A stretch of 64,000 nucleotides of DNA from Podarcis erhardii (Eukaryota): the NCBI GenBank assembly GCA_964252035.1, contig OZ176200.1; one strand, written 5' to 3'. The notes below the pieces were generated by a model, which was given only the letters and a program-made list of their open reading frames with translations, ran no database searches and was not told the DNA's origin. Both the position numbers and the translations under genes were made by a program. Within the stretch, counting starts at the first letter, position 1; each line of letters starts with the position of its first letter. This document shows, piece by piece, positions 23,659 to 34,912 of the stretch.

Positions 23659-23789
23659 CTGCACTCTCTAAGATAGCCAGCTTCATCTAGGTAGAGTAGA
23701 GGACCTTAACCCATTGCCAGTGTATAAGTACGATTCAGCTTCCAGGCCATTCAGCTCTTATATGTGGAATGGGAAGGTGCCATCACCTC
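23659..23789 (-). repeat. Right arm of the ~130-bp inverted repeat
   Basis: Reverse complement aligns to 21842-21973. Confidence 0.9.
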
Positions 23790-24851
23790 GTTTGTTTCCT
23801 ATAGGATTAAATGTGTTTCTGAAGTTGAGGATGGAGAAAATGCATAAAACCCTACCTAGAACATCATCATGAGCCAGCTTGTTGATGACAGTCCAAGTCT
23901 GTGGTGAATAACTAGCTCAACATCAACCAATCAACACCAGATCCTGGTCTAAAATATTCCACTTCTGATCCAAATGGGAATCCTTATTTCCTCTTCAAGG
24001 TATCTTTTCATATTATGGACAGTAAGATTTAATGGGAAACCAGTCCTTAGCATCAGTCTTGCACCCAAATAAGCAGGCATAAATTAAACCCCATTTATGT
24101 AGGTGCAACTGGGGACAGGAATGCTTCGCTTTGTGACGACAAAAATCATGAGCTGGCAAAGACTGTTATACTCATTACAGTGCAGAAAAAAAATCCCTGT
24201 ATTCATTTCTTCAGGAGCGCAGAGCTGCTCCATCCATGGATGAGACAGAGTGCACACATAAGAGGTCTATAGTGTCCACATAAGGCTCTGAACTAGAGTG
24301 GTGTCTGCGGCTTTTTTTGGTGGGGGGGGAATAATAAAGGCATTTTTTCCATGCTGTAAACTTTTGGAAATAATAATTTTTCTCAGGAATGGTTTATAGA
24401 CCTAACATGAATTGTGTTGGGCTTATAACTGGGTTGTGTTGCTGCATTATTTAAAGTCTAACGTATTTCAGCCACTGCTGTTGATGGGGCTTCAGCTACT
24501 GCTGAATGCAAAGGCATGACGCATTTGGGAACGAATTTCTCTCGGAAATGCAGTTACTAACTGTAACTATTCGAGCTTTCAAAAAACATGTGGGGAAATA
24601 AAGGGTGAAGGGGACCCAAGGCCAGCGTTGACCAACGTACACTGAGACCTAAGGCCTTTTGCACATTCCTCATTGTGGGAAGGAATCCGAACACATCCAG
24701 CCAAATGCAGAAAGAATCTCCCTTCAGACCTTCTTGCTCGCTGTGGGAAGGTTGGGGGTGGAACCAGTAGGGGTGGGGACATGCTGGCATGTGTGGCATC
24801 ATTGTGCCCTCATCACACTTCCTTCTCCAAGGTGCCTTCTGAATGCTTGTA

Positions 24852-25071
24852 CAGTGGTACCTCGGGGTAAATACGCTTCAGGTTACAGACTCTGCTAACC
24901 CAGAAATATTACCTCGGGTTAAGAACTTTGCTTCAGGATGAGAACAGAAATCGTGCAGCAGCGGCACAGCAGGAGACCCCATTAGCTAAAGTGTTGCTTC
25001 AGGTTAAGAACAGTTTCAGGTTAAGAACGGACCTCCGGAACGAATTAAGTTCTTAACCTGAGGTACCACTG
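24852..25071 (-). mobile_element. Tigger-like MITE, copy 4 (opposite orientation)
   Basis: Same TIRs, TA TSD. Confidence 0.88.
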
Positions 25072-25209
25072 TATAAGGCTTTATATTCTGTCCACACAGA
25101 TATCAAGAAATGGGGTACAGAGAAGTTGTCCCTGATTTGAAATGGGAAGGAGAATGGTACAAATATGGCAGATTCTTTGTTCCAGATGTTCCTAATTTAG
25201 CTCCTAACC

Positions 25210-25246
<37 letters not shown>
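25210..25246. repeat. (TAA)n microsatellite
   Basis: About 12 units. Confidence 0.95.
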
Positions 25247-25248
<2 letters not shown>

Positions 25249-25453
25249 CTTTATTGTCAATGTACAAACTGTGTACAATGAAATTAACCTAGCACTTGGA
25301 AACCTTCCTCGTGATGGAAACCTTACCACTGCTTCATCTCACCTATGGGTGAAGGACTGTTGCATTCTCTTCTAGGCGAATGGTGGGCAGGATCAGAGGC
25401 AAAAAAAGAGCACAGCCATAGATCTAAACCTCATGGTTGCAGGCACCTCCAGT

Positions 25454-25765
25454 CAGGGGCAGAGGAAGAGGGTTGTGGTGGGGGCAGGTCGCCCAGGGTG
25501 TCACCACTGACGGGGGTGACAAAATGCTGGGCAGCACTCACCGCGGGGCCTGCAGCACGCCTGAGCCACGGTTTCTCCTGGACCAAACAGTCCACCCACC
25601 ACCTGCCCCTCAGCTGTAGGGCCACTGAGTGGAAGGAGGCAGGCAGACTCCTCGGAGGCCCCTCGGAGCGTCCCACCCTGGTTTGCCCTGCCCTGTGGGT
25701 GGTTGCCCCTGCCCTGTGGGTGGCTGGCGCCGCCCCAGACATCTAATTGGCTTGCTCCGCTGCTG
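25454..25765. mobile_element. GC-rich non-autonomous hAT-type element
   Basis: Imperfect TIRs CAGGGGCAGAGGAAG / CTTGCTCCGCTGCTG; 8-bp TSD CCTCCAGT / CCTCGAGT (7/8). Confidence 0.65.
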
Positions 25766-26179
25766 CCTCGAGTGGGGACATGTTACAGACCCACATTGTT
25801 CTAGTAGATAAATTGTAAAATTTCCAGCTGCTTATGGCCAACTCTAGTTTCTTATAATTTAGATGTGTGTTGTTTTTTTAAAGACTCTGAGTAGCTCCCA
25901 TTCATTTATTTCAGTGAAATTTATGGAAATTTCCCAATGGATTTTGCCCTTTGAAAACAATTGGTGTGAATCATTTGATACTCCCAGAGCATTCATGAAA
26001 TGAATTGAGGTGTGAACCATCTGGAAGTTTTAAGGCACTTTGAAAACTATTAGCAGCATTTATTCCTCTGCTACTGATGAGATTCTGCAGCTTTAGGTTT
26101 TCTGGCTAGCATGAATAAGAAAATGAGCATAACAAAAGAGATTTGGTTACAGATAGTTGGTCTGCCATAGTCAAAACAA

Positions 26180-26272
26180 AATAAAAAAATTCCTTCCAGT
26201 AGCACCTTAAAGACCAACTAAGTTAGTTCTAGGTATGAGCTTTCGTGTGCATGCACACTTCTTCAGATACAC
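26180..26272. mobile_element. Penelope-like terminal fragment
   Basis: GTAGCACCTTAAAGACCAAC...AGCTTTCGTG...CACTTCTTCAGATAC resembles reptile Penelope pseudo-LTR ends (recall); a reverse-oriented relative is at about 41172-41245. Confidence 0.45.
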
Positions 26273-27149
26273 ACAAATACTTTTGGTCAACAAAAGTATA
26301 CTGTATTCCACAAGATATTTGTCAGTCTTTAAGATGTCACAAGAATCTTGGTCATACTGAACGGTTTTATAGAAAAGAATATAATGGGACTACTGGACTT
26401 GCAAAACTGCAACACAATTCTCTTAAAATCCATTAGCCAGAGTTAAGAGTCACAAGCACCAAAGAATAATTTCAAAATAAAAATAGGATAATTTTTGAAA
26501 TTCAAATGTATGAATTTAATTTTTTTTTTAAAAATCTGTAAAACGTTCAGGGGCACCAGCTCCTGGGGACCGAGTCCTTTTGCACTTCCACTGTGCAATC
26601 CTATGCAACTTTACTCAGAGGTAAAGTACTCTGAGGTAAAACACTCTGAGGTGTATTAATCCCAGGAAAATGTGCACAGATTGCAGCTTTGACCTTTCCT
26701 AAATTCAATGAGAGTGCATGCTTAATTCTCCAGCACATATTAGTGGGACTCAAAAGTGCCTAGCTTTATATATTTCTCTTGCGTATCTCCCACTTTTTCT
26801 TTTTACAAAGTACAGTAACACAAAATGGTTTACAGAAAAATCAAAACAAGAATGAAAAGATAAAATTCAGTATAAAACAAACAATTCACAGCAAAATGCA
26901 CAGGAATTTAAAACAGCAGCAGAAAACATAAAATCTGAATGCTAAAAATGTTTACGTAGTTAAATAAAATGGTCTTTTCTTAAAAAAAAGTTTGCAGTGA
27001 AGGGGCTAGGTAGATTTCTTTTGGGAAGGTGATTCAAATCCTGTGTAACACAAAAGGTCCTCACCTGGTTCCCACCTATTTTATTTCTCAGATGGTTTTG
27101 TTGGTCATCCCTACTGCTTCTTCCCTATGGTTCCCCCAGTTCTAGGTGC

Positions 27150-27450
27150 CTTCAAATTATAATGTGATGTGTGAAGAGCTATTTCTGTTTGCCTGTCCTG
27201 GATTTCCAACTACTCAGGTTCAGTGGATGGTCTCAGGTTTTATGACAGTGGGAGAAAAACTTTCCCCTACATCAAGTGTGGGGAACTTTTGCCCCTCCAG
27301 ATGTTGCTGACCTACAACTTGCATGATCTCTAGCCACCGGCTAAGCTTGCTCGGGATTATGGGAGTTGCAATTCAGCAACATCTGGAGGACCACAGGTTC
27401 CCCACCCCTGCACTACACAAGGCACCATTTTGTATACCTCTCCTGTTGCC
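27150..27450 (-). mobile_element. Decayed CR1 fragment interrupted by a MITE
   Basis: GTGTGAAGAGCTATTTCTG...GGGAGAAAAACTTTCCCCTA resembles the same CR1 region as 20255-20600. Confidence 0.5.
27273..27410. mobile_element. Palindromic hAT-type MITE
   Basis: CAAGTGTGGGGAAC...GTTCCCCACCCCTG TIRs; degenerate 8-bp TSD CCCTACAT / CACTACAC. Confidence 0.75.
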
Positions 27451-30344
27451 CACCCCCAATTAAAAAATGGCATTTGCTGTCTGCACACTGAAGTTGGACA
27501 GTCTATAGCTATGTTATCATTTCCCCCCTAGATAAGGCCTTACTTTGGATCCTAAACTGATGAGTGATAAACTATAATAAAGTATATGATTCATAGAGAA
27601 AGAATTGTGATACACTGTAGGAGGATAATACATAATTGACCAGGAATCAAGACACTTTCCCTACTAGTTCACGCCTCCCTAATACCTAAAATTTTATTAA
27701 TCCATCTCTGCTTTTTAGCAGAGATCAGTCAAATGTAAAACACTGTCCATAAATAATTCACTTATTTGTAAATTAACTATGAAAGATTAATATACTGGGA
27801 TATGTAACCGTTAGCCATTCTTGTTTTCTTTCCACCCATTTCTTCTTTGGCTGATGAGCTTCATTTTAACATCTTGAATGCTTATGATGATGTGTTCTTC
27901 ACCACAACAAGCAGCAACAGCTTATTATTGTATTTGCGTTCACCTTATGGAATGCAAGGAATAAAAGGACCACATGTATGAGATTTTTGCTGTAGCTCTC
28001 TTGGGCATTTGGAATTTTCTTTCTCTTTTTTTCCTGGAGAGAACACCAAACAATTAAGGCAGCCAGAAGTGTCTGCTTGACGTAGGAGTAGCTTAGTATT
28101 CATCCATACCTAGTGCATCCAATGAAGTAGATTAAAATGTATGAAAAGATAAACAAGAATTAGAGTTCTAATGTTCCCCCTGGATTTTGGATGATTGGGT
28201 AAGAAGACCTTCTCAAGTCTCCAGACCTTGCTCACCAAGGTATTTGAGGGTAGATTCTAAAGTACGGATTTGTCTTATTATTTTTCCTTAGATATAGATG
28301 AAAAAACTAAATGGGTTAAATGAAAACAAGTTATTCCTAGACAGTAGGCCAAAATACACATGTTGTGGGAAGAGTTAAAGCAAGTGTTGCCAACATGTAA
28401 TCCACAGGTTCACATGCCCACAATGGCCTTCCTGGGCACCCACAAGGTCCCCTTCTCTGCTGGAATTTGGCTTGAAAGAAGCATTGTATTGTTGCTACTA
28501 AAATTGATTGCAGCGTGTGCTTGGCTGCAGTGTGTGTGAGATGCCTGGTTTGCAAATGTGCCGTTAACCTAAAAAGGTTGGCGACCTCTTGTTTGAACAA
28601 TAAAGTCCCCATACTGAAATCATCCATGTAGCATTGGTCACACTCTCTTCCTGTTAATATATAGGCAATGGAAACATCCCACAATAGCAAACAATGCCGA
28701 ATCAGTCTTTCTCGCCACTTTGGCAAAACATGGTGGTAGCTAAAGCACTTTCCTGGCCACTTTGCCTAGAAGTCCTTGTTCTGAAGATCCCGCTGGCCCT
28801 TTCCCCAAGTCAGGCAAGACAGTGGAGGGAGAAGTGACGAGCCTCCATCACTGGATGGGCAGATGGCTGGTCAAGCTAAATTTGAGGCAGAGGGGCACAA
28901 ATTTGGCACAGTCACCCACTGCCTCAGAAAACTGTGTCATTCCACTTAATGGTTGGACCAGCCCTGCTTGAGTTTCAGACTTTTAATAATGCAAATTTCT
29001 AAATACAATCACTACCTCTTCCAGATTGCATCTCTTCTTCCTGTTGTAAAAAAATGCAACCACCGAACTTGAATATTTGTTCTAATGAATGAATAATGCA
29101 CTCTGGGCCAGATAACATTTAATTAACCTCAGTGTATATACTCTAAACATAAAACTAAAGCCTTCTTCCCAGATCCCTTTTGCCTCTCCTTTGGAATTTA
29201 AATTTGCAGAGATGCTCTTCAACTATTATATGAAATGTTGCTTAGCGTTTGCCTCTGATTTTATTAAGAAGCACTCCATTACCATCAACTGAGTACAGTA
29301 ATAGACTGTTAACAAAATGTTTCTACCATAATTCTTTTGTCCCTCCTTGTGTTCTGGAACTCGGAAGTCATATAATCTAATAGCAGCATAAGGGATTCTA
29401 TGAACTCCCATTTAAAAGTGTTGGAAATGTAAAGGCAGGGACCATTCAGTGTGTGATTTAAGGGATCAATTCTGCTATCAGACTCTGATTGGCTGGAGTT
29501 TCCAGTCATTTGGGAGCTAGCTTTAAGGAAGGAAGGTGGGATTTGACAGTTGCCTGAGTCTAAGGGAAAAGTACGGTAGTTCTGAATGAGTTTTTCTCTG
29601 TTCCTCATATCAGTTCGGTTCATTTTATTATGCATTTTTAGCACAGTAGGTTTAACTTTCCAATATAATAGAGCTATTTACAATAAAATTTAGGTAGTGT
29701 GAGGCAGCTATCTCAGGCAGCTGGCTTGGGGTTGTCATGAAAGGGCAGCAAATTGTTACCTGTTTCATTATTACTGCAGCTTTACTGCTAGGGAGGGGGA
29801 AGGTGTTTGTGGGAATTTCTGCTTCAGATGCCAAAATAACTTGCCTGCCCTTGGCTGCAATGCACCTTGACTTGGGGGAGCGGATGTCATTTGCTTTTCT
29901 GCCTCAGGCCCTGTCTGAGGGGAAAATAAGAATTCTAATTTGGAGGAAAACACTTAACCCCACCCCCCTCTGCCATTTTCTCCCATAATTTGCATCTCTA
30001 TCTGTACCACTGCTGTGGTGGAAGAGTGAGAGAAAGAGAGAGAATAAGCAGACTTTTGGATATGGTATCCACTCATATGATGAACAGAAAAGCTCCATAA
30101 TTCTTTTACTTTGCTTTCTAATTCCCATTTATTTTGCAACAAGACATGATGCAAGCCTCTTCTCTTATTTAAAGGTTATGAAACAAGCAGCAGAACCCCA
30201 TGTCTCAAACCTCCCATATTCAAGCTGCAATGATTCAGCAATAGGGCTCCTGATAAAACAAAGAACAGCGATTCCTCCATTGTGCATTTTTGGATCCCAT
30301 CCTACTCCTGGGACTGCAATTGCTTCAAACCACTTTTAATATTG

Positions 30345-30410
30345 ATTTTAAATGGTTGTAAGCCGCCCTAGGACCTAAAGGTGAAGGGCAGGTAATAGAT
30401 TGAAATAACA

Positions 30411-30448
<38 letters not shown>
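30345..30448 (+). mobile_element. LINE (L2-like) 3' tail with (TAA)n
   Basis: GTAAGCCGCCCTAGGACC...GAAGGGCAGGTAATA followed by about 12 TAA units. Confidence 0.55.
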
Positions 30449-30449
<1 letters not shown>

Positions 30450-30999
30450 GCAGCTCCCCCCAAGGATCTTGGGAACTGTAGTTTATCCCTCACAAAACTA
30501 TAACTCCCAGCAGCACCTGTAACAAACTAAGCTCTCAGGATTCTTTAGTGTGAGGGGAGTAATGTGCTTTCAATGCATCTGGGACAATCTTGCCGTTTCC
30601 CTACATCTTCCTCAGGAGTTCCCACACAAGGTAGCTTTCTCCAGGAGGACAAAGCTTGCAAATCTGAGCCAGCAAGTACAAAATAAAGCGTCACAGAACT
30701 GTGAGTTCTATGGAGAGTACAAATTCCTTAGCTCATTCTGGCCCCTCAGGGTGGGAATGGTAAATAGGTGGAGAATGGAGGTTAGTCCAGCTTTACTGCT
30801 TGCACTACTATAAATTGGAAACTGCTACCACCTGTTAGAAAATTATTTATTTGCTGTTGAGCAAGAAGCCTCTGAAATCATCGGTCTAATGTAATTAGTT
30901 TAGATTACAGATCTGTGCCTTGAGTACGGACTCTTGACTATCTCAGCTTTCCAGTCCCCACCCACTTGATTCCCAAATGACTATGCAGCTCTTTCTTTG

Positions 31000-31306
31000 T
31001 TGCTTACGCAAGCAACAGCAGCAGAACATCGAAGCATGATGGCTTTGTTTGCATTAGGACTGGGTTGGCTTAACAAGGATGTGAAATTTGCCCTCTGTAA
31101 TCAGAACTGTGCCACGGGTATGTTGTACATCCTTAGCACTAAAGTCCATTTAGTCATGGGGTCTGTACCACGGATGGGCGAGATGGTTGGTGTGATCACA
31201 GGGTTGGGATTTTTCACAGTGATAGAATCTGTGACAATACCAGGTTGCCCAATACTTGTCTTTGAGAAGGTACAACACATTCCTCCTGCTGCTTCTTGTT
31301 GGACAT
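31000..31306 (-). pseudogene. Possible highly decayed Ty3/gypsy pol remnant
   Basis: Minus strand GQPGIVTDSIT and KWTLVLRMYN resemble gypsy PGxTxxxxHxI and RWxLxLQxYxF motifs; stops and frameshifts present; weak. Confidence 0.25.
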
Positions 31307-31381
31307 GATATAGATGATATAGATATAGATATAGATATAGATATAGATATAGATATAGATATAGATATAGATATAGATATA
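31307..31381. repeat. (TAGATA)n hexanucleotide microsatellite
   Basis: About 12 units. Confidence 0.95.
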
Positions 31382-33875
31382 TGCAGTGTGCAGAAGTATA
31401 TAGTCTGGTGGTTGAAAGAATAAAAAGCCTACTCCTGGCAAAACATCCATCATGGTGTCATGAGTTTAAAGAAAAGGGTCCCAACACTAGGTCACACAAA
31501 GAAAACTGACTGGAGAAGGAATAAAAGGAAATAAAAGCCTGAGAACACAACATGCAAGACAACAGTTCTGACCATTCAGACATGTCTTGACTTGCTCATT
31601 TTTCTAAGATCGGAGCAGGGGAGAATTTGTGTTGTTTCCCTTCCTTCTAATAGTTTCTGGGAAACACTTTTATTTTTCTTTAATTGTCTTTTCATGTGCC
31701 ACATAGCAGCCATCCCCGTTGGCACACAATCCATCTTGCAGTGGTGCCTTGCTTATGTCACACAGTGCTCCTAAATCGATAGCCTGCCTCTTTAAAATTC
31801 CTACAGTACAGCTGAGAACCAGAAAGAATCCCCAGTGGGAATACTAGGAAATTGGAGATTATTTCACAAGCAGAGGTTCCCAAGGTCTGGCCCCAGGAGA
31901 ACATTCTGGTTTAACAAGGAGTTAATCGTACCATTTTTATGTATGTGAAAACTGCGACTTAATGAGGAGTGCTTTCCTTAAGGGGAGGGGGGAATTCAGA
32001 TTTCTTTTGATTGAATCATAAACAGCTCCCTCAGTACTTAAGGCAATCAAGTTCAAGCTCAAATGAGTCCTCCATTTTATCACTGGGATTTTAAAGCGTT
32101 GTTCATAACTTCCTTCTAGGCAATGCCTTATCTCAGCAGCTCTTGCAAAGGAAAGAGCTCCAACCTTAACTGCATTGCATACAGTTATGAGGTTGAGGGC
32201 GGAGTGGGGGAGAGGGAAGACTTTCCCATACTCTCCTTCAAGTCCTATCTTGACAAAACAACATGTTTTCCTAGCCAGGGGCGCTGCTGTGTTCCCACTT
32301 CCAGCCACATAGCTCCAGCTGTTCTCTAACAAATACAGCCGCAACACACTTCTTTCCTTCTGCAGCACCCTAATAAACCAAGAGTAAATTACCGAGTGAC
32401 CTACTTACTGGGGTTGTTTAAATAATCCTCAACGTGGCACTGTAATTTGATGTTTTCCACTGAAGGACAGAGGGATTTCACATGAAAACATAAGCTTGCC
32501 ACAAAAAGGCTGGGAATTAAAGCTAATAATAGTAATAATAATAATGGTGGGAATGGGCATAAAATAGCTGCTTGGTTGTTTTGATAAAAAAATAAAAGTT
32601 ATAGTGTTTTGTTTTTGTTTTAAAGGCAGCGATCGGTTGGCGTATCATGTGGTGTGATTCCATTATCGAGTCCAATATAGAAAATTGATTTGCAAGATTA
32701 ATATCAAATCATTACTTTTGCATCGTCTCTTTGTGACACCATCATTTTTATGGGAAGCCTTTTATTTTCTTGCATTTGCTTCTACTCATCTCAAATTGCA
32801 ATGTGATACACACACCGTACATTTAAAGCACATTACTTTCCCCTGCCCCATCAGAGAATATACTGAGAGGTTAGTTTTTACAGGTGCTGGAAGTTATAGT
32901 TTTGTGAGGGATACACTACGGTTTGCTGAGTTTTCAGGAGTAACACAAAAGCTGTGGAGACTAGACTTCCGGTCGGCGCCAGCGTTTGATGGCGGTCCTA
33001 GCCTCGAGCTCCGAGGCAGGACTGCTCCGTAAGTTCGGGTCTTACCCGCTACGGCAAGCGGGGGACCCCTAAAATCACAGGCGCTGAAGCCTGTGAGCAA
33101 GGAGATTCGGTGGGCACCTTTGCGCCCCCCCGGCATCGTGAAAGAGCCTTTTTAAAGGCTCCGGAGCGGCATCGGGGTGAGCGCGGTGCTGAGGATCGCT
33201 ACCCAGCTTACGGAGTGAAGCCGCGTCGCCATTAACGGAGAGCGCCGATTTCTTTCTGAAACTAACGATTGGCAACAACAATACCCGTGAGTAAGAACGC
33301 AAAATTAAAACGGGACTTAAAAATCCAGAAGATTTGGCTGAAAACGGGAAGGTAAAAATTAAGGAAGTCAGCCTCCCGGATCTGCATGATTAACGGAGCA
33401 ATGAAAAGACCGAGCTGTGTTTAAATGGACTTTCTTTTTAACTTTTACTAGACCAGACATCGAAAGGATCTCCCCCCTGTAGTGCAGGGGAAGGGGGGGA
33501 GGAAACAGAATTAATTTAACCTGCAATAGAAAGGGATAAGGAATAAAAAACCTCTGCTGCCGACACTTCTGGTCAGGCTGCCGGAGCAGCGATCGCCTGA
33601 AAAAGGAACTGTCAAGTGAGCTGTCAAAGGACAGTGGTTATAAAATAAGACTTATTTGAAACATATTAACGGGACTTTGGTGGATTACAATTTTAACAGT
33701 AAAGTGCTACAAATTAAAGACTCTTAGTGGGACTTTTGCCTCTGGACTTTCTGTTTCTTTGTTGTGGGTGACTTTGGATGGTTACAATTTCCTCCTCTAG
33801 AGGGCTTTAGTTGCATTACGGTGTATCCAGCGGGACTTTCCACTTGCAACTTTCCTGTGTGAATGACCTTGAGTT

Positions 33876-34907
33876 ATGAGCAACCCGCCAGAAGAGATTT
33901 CAACAAGAAGTAAAACAAAGCAGGCTCAAAAACAAGCTCAAAAAAGAGGCTCTTTATCAGGAGCAGCAGCTGCACAAGAAAAAATAACAGCAGCATCAAT
34001 GGAGTCAATGACACAGGCTCTGCTCAAAATAAATCAGTCACTAGAAGTACTCACCAAGCAATCTGCAGAACTTACTAAACAGTCTACAGAGAACTCTAAG
34101 AAACTGACGGAGTTGACAACAAGATTAGACCTGAACACAACAACAATTTCATCTAACACAGATTCTATAAACCGTTTGGTTCAAGAGTCTACGGAAACAA
34201 GGAGAATAGCTGAGAGTGCTAGGTCTACTGCCGAAGAAACCAAAGGAAAGTTTGCGCCTATTGCAAAAAAAGTACATGAACATGATACAGCATTAGCCCT
34301 ACTAGAACTGGAAAGGAAAAGCAAGAACCTGAAATTAAGACTGGTTCCAGAAGAGGAAGAGGACAAGCTTGGGGAATTCCTCACAGATAAATTTCAAGAT
34401 TTTTGGAATGATGAGCTAGATGGAGAAGAAGATGAATTTGTGATAACCTCAGCCTTTCGGATTGGCAGGAAGCAAGGGAAGAAGCCAAGAGATTGTTTAA
34501 TTACCCTGGGATCAAAGGAACAAAGAGACAAAATACTGAACCTACATTTCCAGAAGGCCTTGGTCATTAAAAATTCTCAGATCCAGATTTTCAAGGATAT
34601 TCCTAAATATTTTTTGGAGGTTAGATCTCAATTTAAAGAATTAGTTGATCTACTTAAACAGAATAATATCCCATTCAGGTGGGAATTTCCACAAGGGCTG
34701 TCCTTTAACTTTAAAGGGAAGAAAATTAAAATAAAATCAAACCAGGATAAAGAACTCTTTTTGGAAAGAAATCAAGAGGATCTTCAGAAAGGAACTGTTA
34801 GTGAGGGGGAAGTACCGGACATTTCAAATCTATCATTTGGACTGAACCGAGCACCGACCGAGGAGGAACAACAACTTGGTGCAGTCGGTGGAAGAGCTAC
34901 CCAATAA
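33876..34907 (+). CDS. L1 ORF1p (343 aa; coiled coil, RRM, CTD)
   Basis: Basic N-terminus, heptad-rich coiled coil, KSKNLKLRLVPE RRM start, AFRIG, QIFKDIP, IPFRWEFPQGLSF motifs typical of vertebrate L1 ORF1. Confidence 0.9.
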   Translation: MSNPPEEISTRSKTKQAQKQAQKRGSLSGAAAAQEKITAASMESMTQALLKINQSLEVLTKQSAELTKQSTENSKKLTELTTRLDLNTTTISSNTDSINRLVQESTETRRIAESARSTAEETKGKFAPIAKKVHEHDTALALLELERKSKNLKLRLVPEEEEDKLGEFLTDKFQDFWNDELDGEEDEFVITSAFRIGRKQGKKPRDCLITLGSKEQRDKILNLHFQKALVIKNSQIQIFKDIPKYFLEVRSQFKELVDLLKQNNIPFRWEFPQGLSFNFKGKKIKIKSNQDKELFLERNQEDLQKGTVSEGEVPDISNLSFGLNRAPTEEEQQLGAVGGRATQ

Positions 34908-34912
34908 CAAAA

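Noticed and set aside
31214-31453. ORFs with poly-IY, poly-E/S (50282-50477) or poly-I (25110-25292) tracts
   Set aside because: Translations of (TAGATA)n, (CTT)n and (TAA)n microsatellites.
31937-32368. 143-aa minus-strand ORF
   Set aside because: Non-ATG start, no recognisable domain, no convincing splice-site pair.
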